Assembly: GCF_006345805.1 (NCBI RefSeq)
Contig: NC_043003.1
Coordinates: 112,840,001-112,904,000, forward strand
Direction of reading: 5' to 3'
Source: Octopus sinensis
Taxonomy: Eukaryota
Length of the DNA stretch: 64,000 nt
Shown: in pieces, positions 13,026-26,324 of the stretch
How the letters are laid out: every line of letters starts with the position of its first letter
Position numbering within the stretch: the stretch's first letter is position 1
Notes under the pieces: model-generated
Database searches by the model: none
The model's input: only the letters and a program-made list of their open reading frames with translations
Told to the model about the DNA's origin: nothing
Translations under genes and position numbers: made by a program

Positions 13026-13591
13026 TTCTTTTCTACACAAAGCCCGAAACTTTTGGGGGAAGGGGCCAGTCGATTAGATTGACCACAGTATGCAGCTGGT
13101 ACTTAATTTATCGACTCCAAAAGGATGAAATGCAATGTCGACCTCGTCGGAATTTGAACTTAGAACATAAAGACAGACGAAATACCGCTAAGCAATTCTT
13201 TTCTACTTTAGGCAAAAGGCTCGAAATTTTTAAGGAGGTGGCCAGCCAATTAGATCGATCCCAGTATGCAACTAGTACTTAATTTATCGACCCCGAAAGG
13301 ATGAAAAGCAAAGTCTACTTCGGCGGAATTAGAACTCAGAACGTAAAGACAGACGAAGTACCTACTTCTTTAGTACCCACAAGGGGCTAAACACAGAGGA
13401 AACAAACAAAGACAGACAAACGGATTAAGTCGATTATATCGACCCCAGTGATTTACTGGTACGTATTTAATCGACCCCGAAAGGATGAAAGGCAAAGTCG
13501 ACCTCGGCGGAATTAGAACTCAGAACGTAAAGGCAGACGAAATACCGCTGAGCCTCTCGCTCGACGTGCTAACGTTTCTGACATCAAGCTA
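13026..13591 (-). mobile_element. Head-to-tail trimer of family B SINE units
   Basis: Three successive atcgac(c/t)cc(g/a)aaaggatgaaa..gtcgacctcggcggaatt blocks; only the unit nearest 13591 has the 5' head. Confidence 0.85.
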
Positions 13592-13777
13592 CCTTTCAGC
13601 ACTAAAAATAGTATCTTAATTACATGTTTAGAATCACAAATCGACGATTGTCAAGATGTTAATAGTTATTGAATGTGTAATTTTTGGTACCCTGGTAACT
13701 GCTTATTTTTTCCGTGCTATTTGTAAACACTGGAAAAAACACATACACATACATACATACATACATACATACATACA

Positions 13778-13811
<34 letters not shown>

Positions 13812-13847
13812 CATACATACAAACATACATACATACATATATTTATT

Positions 13848-14070
13848 TCTTTACTACCCACAAGGGGCTAAGCACAGCGAGGACAAACAAGGACAGACAA
13901 ACGGACTAAGTCGATTACATCGACTCCAGTGCGTAACTGGTACTTATTTAATCGACCCCGAAAGGATGAAAGGCAAAGTGGACCTCGGCGGAATTTGAAC
14001 TCAGAACGTAGCGGCAGACGAAATACTGCTAAGCCTTTCGCCCGGCGTGCCAACATTTCTGCCAGCTCAC
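13848..14070 (-). mobile_element. Family B SINE, full-length monomer
   Basis: Reverse complement of the 7917 and 39752 copies. Confidence 0.9.
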
Positions 14071-15003
14071 CGATGTCCGTACAATATCCAGTGGTAAAAT
14101 AAAGAAATTACAATATCCAGTGGTAAATCACCCGTATCAATTTATTTGTATTTTCTACCGTTAAATTTTGTTTCAATTTACAGATGCCACTTTTCTTTAT
14201 ATTCCTCTACTTCGGTGAGCAACAACGCTGTCGTTTCGTTTCTCCTCGTTGTTGACGCAGGCATCGTATAACAATATCCACTCTTTCACAAGCTGCAAGT
14301 AGGTATTGAAATCAGTTGTAAAAGACAATTGACCTCACGTCAACTTTCACGTGCTTCCACTGCTTTCTGTCTTGGTTTCTGTCTTGGTTTACAATGTTCT
14401 ATCCTATTTATTTAGATTTAGAAGAACTCAGCCGATTGGCTATTAAGTATTTTGACTGCTGACACAAGGCATTAAAACAGACAAATTAGAAACTTCTTAC
14501 CTGTTCTATTCGCGCAGTTTCGTAAGTTCTGACACATACTACAGATACACTAAAATCACGTATAAATACACACTCCCACGCCTTACCACACACACACACA
14601 AAGACACACACACACACACACACATCTACGATGTACATAATAAATGAAGGAACAGCTTCACCAACAACATCGTGGCTGACGTGTCATAAATTCATATCGT
14701 ATATAAATGTTCAGATGTGATTTAATGCAAAAGCCAGGTACTTTTACTGCGAAAATTTTAGCCTTTTTTATGGAGCAATTTTTAACTTTTTTGTACCATG
14801 ACACGTTAGGTCGGAGGGCAATTCAGTTACACCGAATCAAAAAGAAGCAAATACTCTTTTTGTCATTCTTTGTTGCAATCATTCTCTCTTTTTCTCATTC
14901 ACATACACGCACACAAATACATATACAAACTCAAGCAAACAAACGCACTCGCACACACACACACACCACACACACACACACACACACACTATGTAAAGAC
15001 GTG

Positions 15004-15384
15004 AGGCGCAATGGCCCAGTGGTTAGGGCAGCGGACTCGAGGTCGTAGGGTCGCGGTTTCGATTCCCAGACCGGGCGTTGTGAGTGTTTATTGAGCGAAA
15101 ACATCTAAAGCTCCACGAGGCTCCGGCAGGGGATGGTGGTGATCCCTGCTGTACTCTTTCACCACAACTTTCTCTCACTCTTTCTTCATGTTTCTGTTGT
15201 ACCTGTATTTCAAAGGGCCGGCCTTGTCACTCTCTGTGTCACGCTGAATATCCCCGAGAACTACGTTAAGGGTACACGTGTCTGTGGAGTGCTCAGCCAC
15301 TTACACGTTAATTTCACGAGCAGGCTGTTCCGTTGGTCGGATCAACCGGAACCCTCATCGTCGTAACCGACGGAGTGCTTCCAC
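15004..15384 (+). mobile_element. tRNA-derived SINE (middle M1 + tail T1) with 13-bp TSD
   Basis: tggcccagtgg A box, gtttcgattcc B box; atgtaaagacgtg at 14991-15003 and 15385-15397. Confidence 0.9.
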
Positions 15385-15956
15385 ATGTAAAGACGTGTGT
15401 TTATTTTTTGCTTGCTCGTAACCATCAATCAATCAATCAATCAATCTATGTATGTAAGTATGTATCTATCTATTTGTGCAGATGGATAGATAGGCAAAAT
15501 GGATCTCTGTATTACTGTCCGTGTACGAATATGCGAATATGCATGCATATATCATACGTGTGTGTATATGTGTGTATAAATTTCAATATTTTGTAGAATA
15601 ACTGAAGATGGAAATTGGCGACAAAGAGATGCACGAAAACAAAGTCCACCGAGTTCCAGACATTCTCTTGACATTCCTGATGTTAGAAATGTTGAGAACT
15701 GTACTTGTAGCCCACATGCAGAGAAATAGAATCAGAAATAACTGATTGACTTATCTACCAGAGTAAATAATAGTTTATAATATCGATGCAGAAGCATTAA
15801 TTTATGTGTCGGTATTATATCAACTTCACTTAAGAACTTGACTGATATTGTATTTTCTCAAGCACCGATCATTGACGGGATAAGAATTATTACTGATTTA
15901 ATTAATACCACTAAAAATTGTACCTTTCGATCAAATAATGTAGCCATTCTCTAGAC

Positions 15957-16157
15957 CAGTGCTTTTCAAACTTTTTGCTGGAGCGGAACCCCAAGGAAAC
16001 ATTCCACTGGCTCGAGGAACCCCTGTGCAATAATTTCATAGTCTTATGCACACATATCTGCACAGGACAATTAAAAATTACTGCCGATTTTAGCAGTTTT
16101 GTAACTTCTTGCGGAACCCCTGGACTGTGCTGGCGGAACCCTGGTTGAAACCCACTG
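15957..16157. mobile_element. hAT (Charlie-like) MITE with perfect 8-bp TSD
   Basis: cagtg..cactg termini; ctctagac at 15949-15956 and 16158-16165. Confidence 0.85.
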
Positions 16158-16165
16158 CTCTAGAC

Positions 16166-16538
16166 CAATGGTTCTCAACTGTAGTCCGTATGGCTCCTGA
16201 AGGTTCATATAAGATGTTTGAGTGTCCATGCAACAGAATAGTAAATTAAGCGTCCACAATAATATTTTAAGGGCAACTGAAAAACGTTTTTCTTTAGATG
16301 TATGTATTGGTATGCATTGCAAGAAACAGTTATGTTTCTCTAAAATGTTACACTGTTCAACCTACACAAACCAATGTATGAAAGAAAAAGAAAACAAAGA
16401 ACAAAACGAAAAGCAGGAATTTTGAAAGAATTACCTATAAAACTAGTTTTTAAACATTGCCTGGTTACGAGGATCCATGAGAATAAGATAATAATCAAAA
16501 GGGTCGATAGATAAAAAAGAAATGGTTGAGGACCCCTG
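16166..16538. mobile_element. Older hAT MITE abutting the previous one
   Basis: caatggttctcaac..gttgaggacccctg termini; flanks ctctagac / cactaggc look like a decayed TSD. Confidence 0.7.
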
Positions 16539-16624
16539 CACTAGGCTAAACGTGAGATGTGCTTTTTTACACAGACACAATGCTTCAAGAGTCAGGGAAT
16601 CTTCTAATCTTTATTTTCTACTTG

Positions 16625-16945
16625 TTTCTGTCATTAGACTGAAGCCATGCTGGGGCACCACCTTGAGGAATTTTTAGTTGAATGTATGTACCGCAGTACT
16701 TATTGTTGAAGCCTGATTCTTATTCTTTCGGGTCTTGCCGGATCACTAAGTTACGAGGACGTAAGCACACCAACACCGACTGACAAGCTGTGGTGGTGGG
16801 GAGGACAAACAGACACATGCACACACGCACATATATAAACATACATATATACGACGGGCTTCTTTCAGTTTTCGTCTGTCGAGTCCACTCACAAGGCCTT
16901 GGTCGGACAGGGGCTGTGTTAGAAGACACTTGCTCAAGGTGCCAG
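16625..16945 (-). mobile_element. CORE-like SINE family A, head truncated
   Basis: Reverse complement of family A body (gaagacacttgctcaagg, cgacgggcttctttcag). Confidence 0.8.
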
Positions 16946-17452
16946 GCAGATAATTTATATCATTCACTCCGGCAAGATGATCTCAGTGGGATTCGAGCTC
17001 AGAGCATAAGGGGTCAAATAATTCTGCTAATCCACGATACTCAAAATAGTGCTAACGATACCTTCTAACACTGAAAGAAATTTGGGACAGGCCATTAATC
17101 GATTAAATCAGCAGCAGTAACGAACTGTTATTGTTTTGCCAACAAAACTGACCTCGGTGAGAATTGAAGGAACCTACACTTAGTCGCTTGACATGCTAGA
17201 AATAGTAGATAATTCTCTCATGATTCATACCGCACCTTTTTTAGAAATCAACTGCTGGATTGAATCTAGGTGGTTTCAATTTAGGCTGGACTACTTATCA
17301 CATATACCACGAAAATAATATAAAGCCCATAGCCCCATAGTTTCCTTCCCTCTAAAATATAGAATATCATATCGCATCAAAATAATCCAATGTTTCTTGT
17401 AGTGTGGCGTGTATAGAAAACAAAATCACAGAGAGGTATGCGTATGTATGTA

Positions 17453-17562
<110 letters not shown>

Positions 17563-17689
17563 TATGTGTATATATAAATAGTTATGTGTATATATATATA
17601 TATATTGTATGTTTCTCTGTATATATTGGTATGTGTGTATGTATATATACATATACACATACATACATAAATATATATATATATATTTC

Positions 17690-18240
17690 GATAGGTGAAG
17701 GAATTATCCTATGTTTACCGTCAACATGGAAAATTCGATGAACCGATACCAGGGTACCAAATTCACGTCAGAAACACGGTTGAAGCGACCTGTCCAAGGG
17801 TAGAAACTCTGGGTTCATGTGCAGAAATTTGTGTGTTATATATGAATAAATAAATAAATGGAGTTGAACGAAGATGTTAACAAAATTCCTTTACTCTCGA
17901 CATATGTTTCGAAGACAACATGGTTTTATTCCAAAGGAATAAACGGTGCAAGGTGCAATCTTCTCATCAGGAAAGAAAGGGAACCTCTCTCAACAACAAT
18001 TCAAAACAATAATTGCGATGACTGCCTACATGGTAAACAAAATGATAATAATTGTTTTAAAAAAAACCGTTAGTAGAATTGACGTCAAAGTTAGATAGTA
18101 GGAAGAAAAGGGTTAAAGGAATAATAAGTAGGGAACAAGTAGAGAGGGAGGGGTACGTTGATTAAAAGAATGTTCAAAGGCTTAGGAAAGAATTTCTCTA
18201 TTGAAGTGGGGTGGACGTTAAGCTAATTGTTCAAACTATA
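17690..18240 (-). mobile_element. Putative PLE-derived non-autonomous element or pseudo-LTR carrying a hammerhead
   Basis: Non-repetitive segment bounded by TA-rich microsatellites and containing a type I HHR; the PLE link is inferred, as no ORF is present. Confidence 0.45.
17888..17980 (-). ncRNA. Type I hammerhead ribozyme with intact catalytic core
   Basis: CCUUUCUUUC-CUGAUGA-GAAGA..UCUUC-GAAAC-AUAU-GUC|GAGAGUAAAGG; stems I, II and III all pair. Confidence 0.85.
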
Positions 18241-19146
18241 ATGACTATAGTATATATGACTATATACTATAATGACTATAGTATATATATATATTGTCGT
18301 TAGCATTACCTCAATCAACATTAATCAAAGTATAAAAGATATTGCGCTTCATATCAAAATTTAGATAAAAAGTGTGATGTTAATGGAATGAACACCATCG
18401 CCAACAAAGTGTGGCTTATTAAAATATTATTAGAAATAATTTTGATGGGGTTTATCATTCATGAATATCTGCAAAATATTGGTTTTTAGCTGAGAGTGAA
18501 CAGCGTCTTGGCAATTATGAGTTTATTTCCCGCTATTAGGAAGCATGTCTCTCAAATGTAATATTCGAAAACAATTTGGTGAATACAGATTTGTGACACT
18601 GAGTCCGGGATTCCTAGAAATATATAGAAGATAATAGTATGGTATTAAATAGACATCAGCGGCTTACTGGCACTGCTGTTGCCGATACCTGAAGGATAAA
18701 TGCTGAAAGTGATACCAATTTATCTGAACTCAATCTGAGTGAGATGAAACTAATTGTAAGTCAGTTTGTAAGATCCGTATAATTATGACAACACATTTAC
18801 ATTAATTTTCCTATAAATTTTCGAATATTTGAAACTCACTTCAAGTAAATTACTCATTCCACAATCCTATGCAACTAAAAGAATGAGACAAAAATCCGGT
18901 CCATATAGTATTAAATAGATCTAAGAGGAATATTCCTGTGTAGGAAATACCGAATAAAGTATTTTGCTTGGAGACTCGGAGAATCTTCTGGTATACCCTC
19001 ATTGTTTCCTATATTATCTTGGCAATTTCAACTCTGTTGTTTATACGGGGAATTCATAAGGCAGTTCTTTAATATTAACACTGCTGGCTCAGACTTCATG
19101 AAGTGCATTATGGGAAACCAGTTTTACGGTCCCTACCTCATATTAA

Positions 19147-19375
19147 GAGGAGGTGCGTGGCTTAGTGGTTGGGGCATTGCGTCCATGACTGAAGAATTGT
19201 AGTTTTGCTTCATGGAGCAGGTGATGCGTTTTGTTCATGAAAAGATACTTTATATCACGTTACTTCAGTCCATTCAGCAAGGAAAAATGAGTAGTCTTGT
19301 GTCGGGTTAATGTCCCGTCCAGCGGGCGGAGTTGAGTGAATCCGCTACAGAATCCGAAAAACCAGGTTTATAAGT
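19147..19375 (+). mobile_element. Old SINE (CORE-like middle M2 + T2-like tail)
   Basis: gtggcttagtggttggggca head and tttatatcacgttacttcagtccattcagc match the 52218 copy; gtcccgtccag resembles tail T2. Confidence 0.6.
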
Positions 19376-22300
19376 CTTTTTTGATCTCATACTAAACTTT
19401 ACTCATAGAAGAATTTGAGTTAAATAGAAAATGTTAACAATATGCGATTCTCACTACAAATGTACTACATCTTATGACTGCAACTACAGGCTGATACTAT
19501 TAACATTATAATTTGCAGACTGACCAGGTTATTTAGTAGTTAGATATATCGGCCATTATAATAACCGCCGATGATTTAATGATCGCTACAATTCAGTTAT
19601 CCTCAGATTATTATTGAATATGAAGTCCCTTCCATCTGCTATCGATATGAAATTGGGTCTTTATTTCGGCATAGTGTGTATTTGTAATTATTGCGTAACA
19701 TCAAGGGGATGCTTCCCGTTACACAATTATGCCTAATTTCCCAGAGAGTCTTGGTGAAGTTGAAGATTCCTACATACATAAAACCTTGTAAATTCAGTGT
19801 CAGTAACTCTCGCAAGACTTGGTTGTATTGGGAACACTGCTAGCTTGGTACAAATTCAAATGAGAAATTTGAATGTATGTTTTGAAAGGTAACACGACAC
19901 TCATTCATTACGCATCGCTCCCATCAGGCATCTTTATGTTATTGTTTAGGTTTCTTCTTGCTGATCTGTAATCAAACCCTTATCAATTAGACCTGTAATC
20001 AAAGCACTGACCACCCCAACTTATTTTCACTTATAGACCCATCCAAATTATATACTCTAGCCGTTGGGTTCTTTAAGGATTCAGGTTGTTATTTGAAGGA
20101 AAGTTGGTTATTATTCCTAGCAGAACGAATGGCTCGCGAGGTATTACTCCAACATGGCTTATCTGTACGTAGTCACTGGATCTGATAGAAATAAGAACCC
20201 AATCTCTCTCAACAAGCGTCCTACAACACTCAGAAACGATGGAACATATTCAATACTGTCGGTGCACAATGATTGAAAGTGAGACAGAATGGCCAGTACT
20301 AGAATGGTTTTGATTCAGTAACTTTTAACTAGCTGAAACCTTACATATCGTTGTCATAGGTATGAACATTACATATTTTTGTCATAGGTATAATGTCAGA
20401 AACAAAACGCATGAAATTGTTAAAATTGAAATTTGTTTAATGACTTCAAATCATATTTACTCTGGCAAAACAACAAGAACAAAATCTCTCTCTCAATTCG
20501 TACTCTATCAAATCTAAATGAGTTGAGAGAATACAAGTACATTGTTTACATAAAGGGTAAAAGTTCACACTTAACTCTACACTAGTGGCGAAAATTAATG
20601 CGAGTACATATTTTCGCCTTCGACTACAAGATTTCCATCTTCAGTGTATTCCGAATATCTAAACTTCTTCACGAGCTGTAATGCATTAAAAAAAGAGATA
20701 TATATAATCTAATGTTTTTGCTCAAATAATTGCCAACGCAAAAATCATAATTCTTGAAGATAAAGAGAAAATAAACAAATAAAATAGAAACCAAAGAATT
20801 ATAAAGCTTTACAACGTAAAAGTTTCGTAAATAATGTTTATTTATTTAATCTAAACTTTAGATTCTAAAGGAAGCCTAGAAAACACATGAAAAGAATTTA
20901 CATATATGTATATGTGTATATGTGTATCCATATTTGTCTATACATATGTGTGTGTGGAGTGTAAGTGTTAGTAAGTGAGTGTGTGTGTGTGTGTGTGTAC
21001 ATGATGTAGGCTTTTTAACTAAAAAGACTTTCTCATTCAAGAATCCTTCCTCAATAAATATCACTTAAATTTTGAAATATCATTTTTGCTGCTTTGTAAT
21101 GGAGAACAAGAAGAAAGTTCAGTTGTAAAAATTTTTAAAGTGTATTTAAAAAAAAAAATTCATTGCAAGTGTAAACTTTAAACAGTAACGATGTTAATTT
21201 TAGAAATCTTTATTTTAAGAACGGTGAAGCTATGAAATACGAGACCAAAGGTGATGTACCATGGATGGCTTGCTAGTTGGCATATTTCGAAGCTTGATCT
21301 GCCTCATGTTGAAAGAACACCAATTAGAACAACTTTTTATCCATTGTAGGCAGATGGAAGCTTTAGAAACCAAACGAGAGGAACTTTAATAATTGATGAA
21401 AGATTTTGGTTTATTTAATGATTAACCGGTCTTTCTGTTATTTTATACTTGCTTTTGTAATTGAATGTTTTGTATCTCTTTGTTTTGTTATATTTTTCTT
21501 TTAAAATTCTAATAACGTACATTTTCTACACAGAATATTCCAACTACGACAAATGTAAAACAAGTACTGACATGTTAAAAAGTATTTGCATTTACTAGGC
21601 AGAAAACGGAAGATCTTATATTTATCTGATTTTCTTTCATTGGTTTGACTAAATATTTACGTTGGACTTTTCCATAATTTTATTTCCATGAATATTATAA
21701 ATGGTTGAATATGGTAGCATTATACTTTCAATAAACCAATGTGTAGCTTATATTTCACATTGTAAAGAAATTCATATAAAAGTAGTAGTTACGATGAATA
21801 TTTGCAATCTGTAAAATTACCGACTAGCATATATGCCGTATGTTTGCAGCAATGTAGCACGATAAACGAAACAAAGAATGAACAGCCTTCCTATATAACT
21901 GTATAAAATGGGACAGAAAGTTTGACTAGATATTATCTAGAAAGAAAAATGTTAATTATCTATATGCTTAAAGTAGGTGGAATGAATAATTTTCCCGAAA
22001 TATTTGTTTACCGAACAAATAATACGATTGTGGACAAATATGCTTACGGGGAAATATTAGTATTGAAGCTTAAAATATAATCCACGTATAGAGATATACA
22101 ACGTAAAGGATATTTTATATAGAGAAATGTTGTTTGTCCAAAGCAAGTTGGGAAAAATAGACTCTATTAATTGTAAGAAGACTTATGCATCTTAAGAAAA
22201 TTGGCATACACCATTCAAAGTAAAAGATAGAAAACAAAGATCAAAAGGAGGAAAGAAACAAGAAAGCAAGAAAAGAAAAATAAAGCTAAGCGAAAATAAG

Positions 22301-23659
22301 ATGTTATTAAGTCAAAGTAAGAATAATGATATTTACAGCTTGTATGTAAAACAGCGTTTACTTAGATAAATATATCAATTGTGTGATACATTTACTTTTC
22401 ACACTACTCTATAATACATTATACATACCTTTACTTTGATATTTTTTTTCTAAATTCTGTCGTGATTATTGTTGTCAAATATATATTTCGAATACTCCTT
22501 GTAATGATTGATTGAAACCAATACCTCCGAGAATTATTGGTGTTGGAGGAGGAAGCGCTTGCTTTAAGTGTGTCTTGGCTATTGATTTCATGTTGCACTA
22601 ACCATCAAGTCAAAACTTTCAAACAGGTGATGGCTTTTAACTCAATAATATGGTCGAAATAATGTCTTTACTTTAATAGAGTCGATACGGAAACTCTATG
22701 TCTCTCAATAATATATGTTTCTTCCCGCATGCACGTCTTTTTAATTACTAGTTCTGGAGAAAGCATCAATGTCAATAGCACTCGTAGCAGGTGAGATTAC
22801 TGCCATTAATATTTCTCTACAAAGCCAACTGCTGCTGGAAAGATAGTTTCAGATGGCTGACGGTCTTGTATCGACTGGTTGCAGAGACAATTGCAAAGTC
22901 TAGGAAGATGGCGTCAGCAAAGGGGATAAGCGGAGGAAAGAAGAGTGAGAGGGAAATGCCAAAGTGGAGCTGGCATGGACACACTCATTTTCGAGGCAGA
23001 GGGGTCATTATAGTAGTAAAAGAAAAAGACACAGAGAGGGCGTTGCGCTCACGTGGACGGGACATTAAAGAAGAAATCAACACTGAAATGATTATAGATT
23101 ACAATCAATTAAAGACACACTCTAGTCAGATGTCCCTTTTTTCAGAATGCAGTCTATGATATTTCTGCGTACAACATCAGCATCGTTCCAGAAGTGAAAA
23201 TCACCAAGTTAAGAGATACAAGTATTAGTGAAGCTCTTAGACACGTACTTTGAGAGATTTCCATGTAGGACAAGGCCGAATGCTTTGTAAAAATCTATTT
23301 GTTATTTGTTAGATAAAGTGGATATTATAGAATGTCAATACTTGGTGGTAACCCAAGTATTTTCGAGATTTCAACAATATTATCAGTCTTTAAGATGCAG
23401 TTCTCTCTGTGGCAAGAATAGATTTAGTCTATGAGAGATATTACATATGAGGCTCAATATCTGAAACTACGTATGAGTAGTTGTTGCACATGATGTCAAA
23501 ATGGACGTTGATTTCCCGGAGAGATAAGATCGAAGGACAAAACTGAACCAAGTGAAATTCACCAAGTTAAGAGATACAAATATTAGTGAAGCTCTTAGAC
23601 TCGTACTTTTGAGAGATTTCCATGTAAGACAAGGCCGAATGCTTTGTTGCAGTCGAGGG

Positions 23660-24830
23660 CAACGGCATTGCTTTGATCAGCATTCTCCAAGACTAGAGTT
23701 CACTACAGAGTAAGAGAGAAGTATTATTCTCCAGTGATTGGTAATTAAGGAAAAAGTATTGATTGGCATCGAGGAGAGAGTCAGACACTCTAGGTATTGA
23801 AACAGAGACAGTGTGAGTGCAATAGGGTGGTAGTTGGTAGGGTCAAAAAGATTAAATTTCGGGGAAATGGGTTAGAGTTTAGGACGTCTCCATTGATCAG
23901 ATATCTGTAGGGAGAGAAATACTGAAGAAAGTATATTCATGTATCTCTGGTAACATGGTTGTGGTGAAATACAGAGAGATATAACAGTGACACCGTAGAG
24001 AAGTAAAATTTGAAAATTCTCAAACGAGGATTTCCAAAACTCTCCTCATTGTTCACTATTCATATGATATATTTATGTAGTACATATAACAATTTTAAGT
24101 TGTCTTATTGTGTACAATTTGAGTGTCATACACTGAGTCTGAATATGATAGCAGGACCTGCGGCGTGAGATTCTCTCGGGTGTACGCAGCAACTCTTCCA
24201 TGGCTCCTCTCTTTTCTGTTTGGTCGTATTATAACATATTGTAGAATGTCTCTTTATGTATACTCTATATCAGGTCTAAGATGCGTTTCCACAATTGCTA
24301 TGCATAAAGCTGCATACAGCGTGGTCTCTCAGGAACAAGATTTGTATTTTGCAGTTAGGGTGCAACAACCCTCCGATATTTAGAAGAAATATTTTTGTGA
24401 CGCCTGTGTTGGTGCTAGTGGTGGCCATCCTGTATGTTGTCAGTGGCGGTTCTGTGTGGTGGTGGGTGTGATTCCAAGTTTGTATTTGTAACCAGGTCAG
24501 CTTCTGGATAATCTCTTCCGCTATGCACAAAAAAGATTGTTGTTCAGCTGCTGCCCTTTTCAGATTTGCGTGAGGCTGGTTGCTTGTTGGGTTACGCACT
24601 ATATCTACATAACGACTTTAGAGAGTGGATAGTGCGCGATCTTTTGTTATTTGGTACCTTTCCTTTTGTCCTCTTCGTAGAAGGGAGTATTGCGTTGGGC
24701 CCATGCAACTTTGGTAGGGCTTCTAATGTGCAAAGCGGCAGTTTGCACTATCATCACCGTACCAGCAGTTCCCCTGCAGGTAAAATTTGCATAAGCTTCT
24801 ACACTTGCTTTTGTAATTCCTGTGAAAATG
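23660..24830 (-). mobile_element. Decayed CR1/L2-like LINE 5' part: ORF1 CCCH finger plus AP-endonuclease start
   Basis: CKFYLQGNCWYGDDSANCRFAH (C-X7-C-X8-C-X3-H) followed downstream by KIFLLNIGGLL..KIQILFLRD, an APE motif I-like segment; a SINE abuts at 24837. Confidence 0.6.
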
Positions 24831-24836
24831 TATATA

Positions 24837-25228
24837 GGCGCAGGAGTGGCTGCGTGGTAAGTAGCTTGCTAACCAACCACATGGTTCCGGGTTCAGTCCC
24901 ACTGCGTGACATCTTGGGCAAGTGTCTTCTGCTATAGCCCCGGGCCGACCAATGCCTTGTGAGTGGATTTGGTAGACGAAACTGAAAGAAGCCCGTCGTA
25001 TATATGTATATATATGTGTGTGTGTTTGTGTGTCTGTGTTTGTCCCCCTAGCAATGCTTGACAACCGATGCTGGTGTGTTTATGTCCCCGTCACTTAGCG
25101 GTTCGGCGAAAAGAGACCGATAGAATAAGTACTGGGCTTACAAAGAATAAGTCCCGGGGTTGATTTGCTCGACTAAAGGCGGTGCTCCAGCATGGCCGCA
25201 GTCAAATGAATGAAACAAGTAAAAGAGT
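24837..25228 (+). mobile_element. CORE-like SINE family A, near-consensus full length
   Basis: A box tggctgcgtgg, B box ggttcagtccc, cttgggcaagtgtcttc, aaaagagt tail. Confidence 0.92.
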
Positions 25229-26132
25229 ATAGACTTTAATCCAATATTTTTAACCCTCTCGATTGTAATGATAAGAGGAGCACTTCGCACTTAGAACGAA
25301 CTATTTTATAGTTTAATAACTGATTGATTGGTCTGTGAACAAAACCTAAAATAGCTTTGTTTTATATTTTGTTTAATCATTTGAGAAATTCTTAAAGAAA
25401 TTCTTGCAGTTAATACAAACTTAGGAGCGGCAGAGTGAAATTCACGTTAATTCAGAGACCTTGACCAAAGAAGTCATAATAATAGTTCCAATGCCATATT
25501 ATCTTGAAATGAAATCTCTTTGAAGTCTATTTTGGTTTCTCATCTTTTAAGATCGATAATGCAAAACCAATCTCACTAGACTTAATATTCTGTTTAGCTT
25601 TGCGTTTTGTAATTGAAAAATCTAATTTAAACAATAATAATATTAAAATGTAGTTCACTACTATTATATTTCCATAAACTTGTAAGCATACTAGTTATGC
25701 TACTGGGACAGTGAAAGGTGAAGTGAAATATTACAAATATCTGGATGAAAATCTTAAAGCATCAACCGCATTGATAATATTCTCTGTAATACTGCTCAAA
25801 ATGCACAGAGAGATTTTTATGATAATAATTTTCTTGTAGAAGAATACACTAGTTGTAGATTGCAGAATGAGCGCAGAATCAGTAACCCGCGGGTAAAAAT
25901 GTTCATGTGGTATCTTGTCCTTTTCCTCTTCCATTCTGATTTTGATAGTTTTTATCCTTCCGGTGTCGATGTGTTACACATATGTGAAGTCCTGTGGTCA
26001 ATTTAGTCAGCGGTTTTCCCTCCATACACTTGTGGCACATTTCGCAACTGTTAAAACACGATTGTCATTGTTATAATGTTAGCACCTAGAATATATGTTA
26101 TTCCTTGTGAGTGTGTGTATGTATGTGTGAGC

Positions 26133-26228
<96 letters not shown>

Positions 26229-26324
26229 GTGTTTGTCTACATACACTCACATACACGCACGAATATATATATGTATGTATGTAGATTTTCTCTCTCTAAG
26301 GGAAAAATCCCAAACAATCAACGA

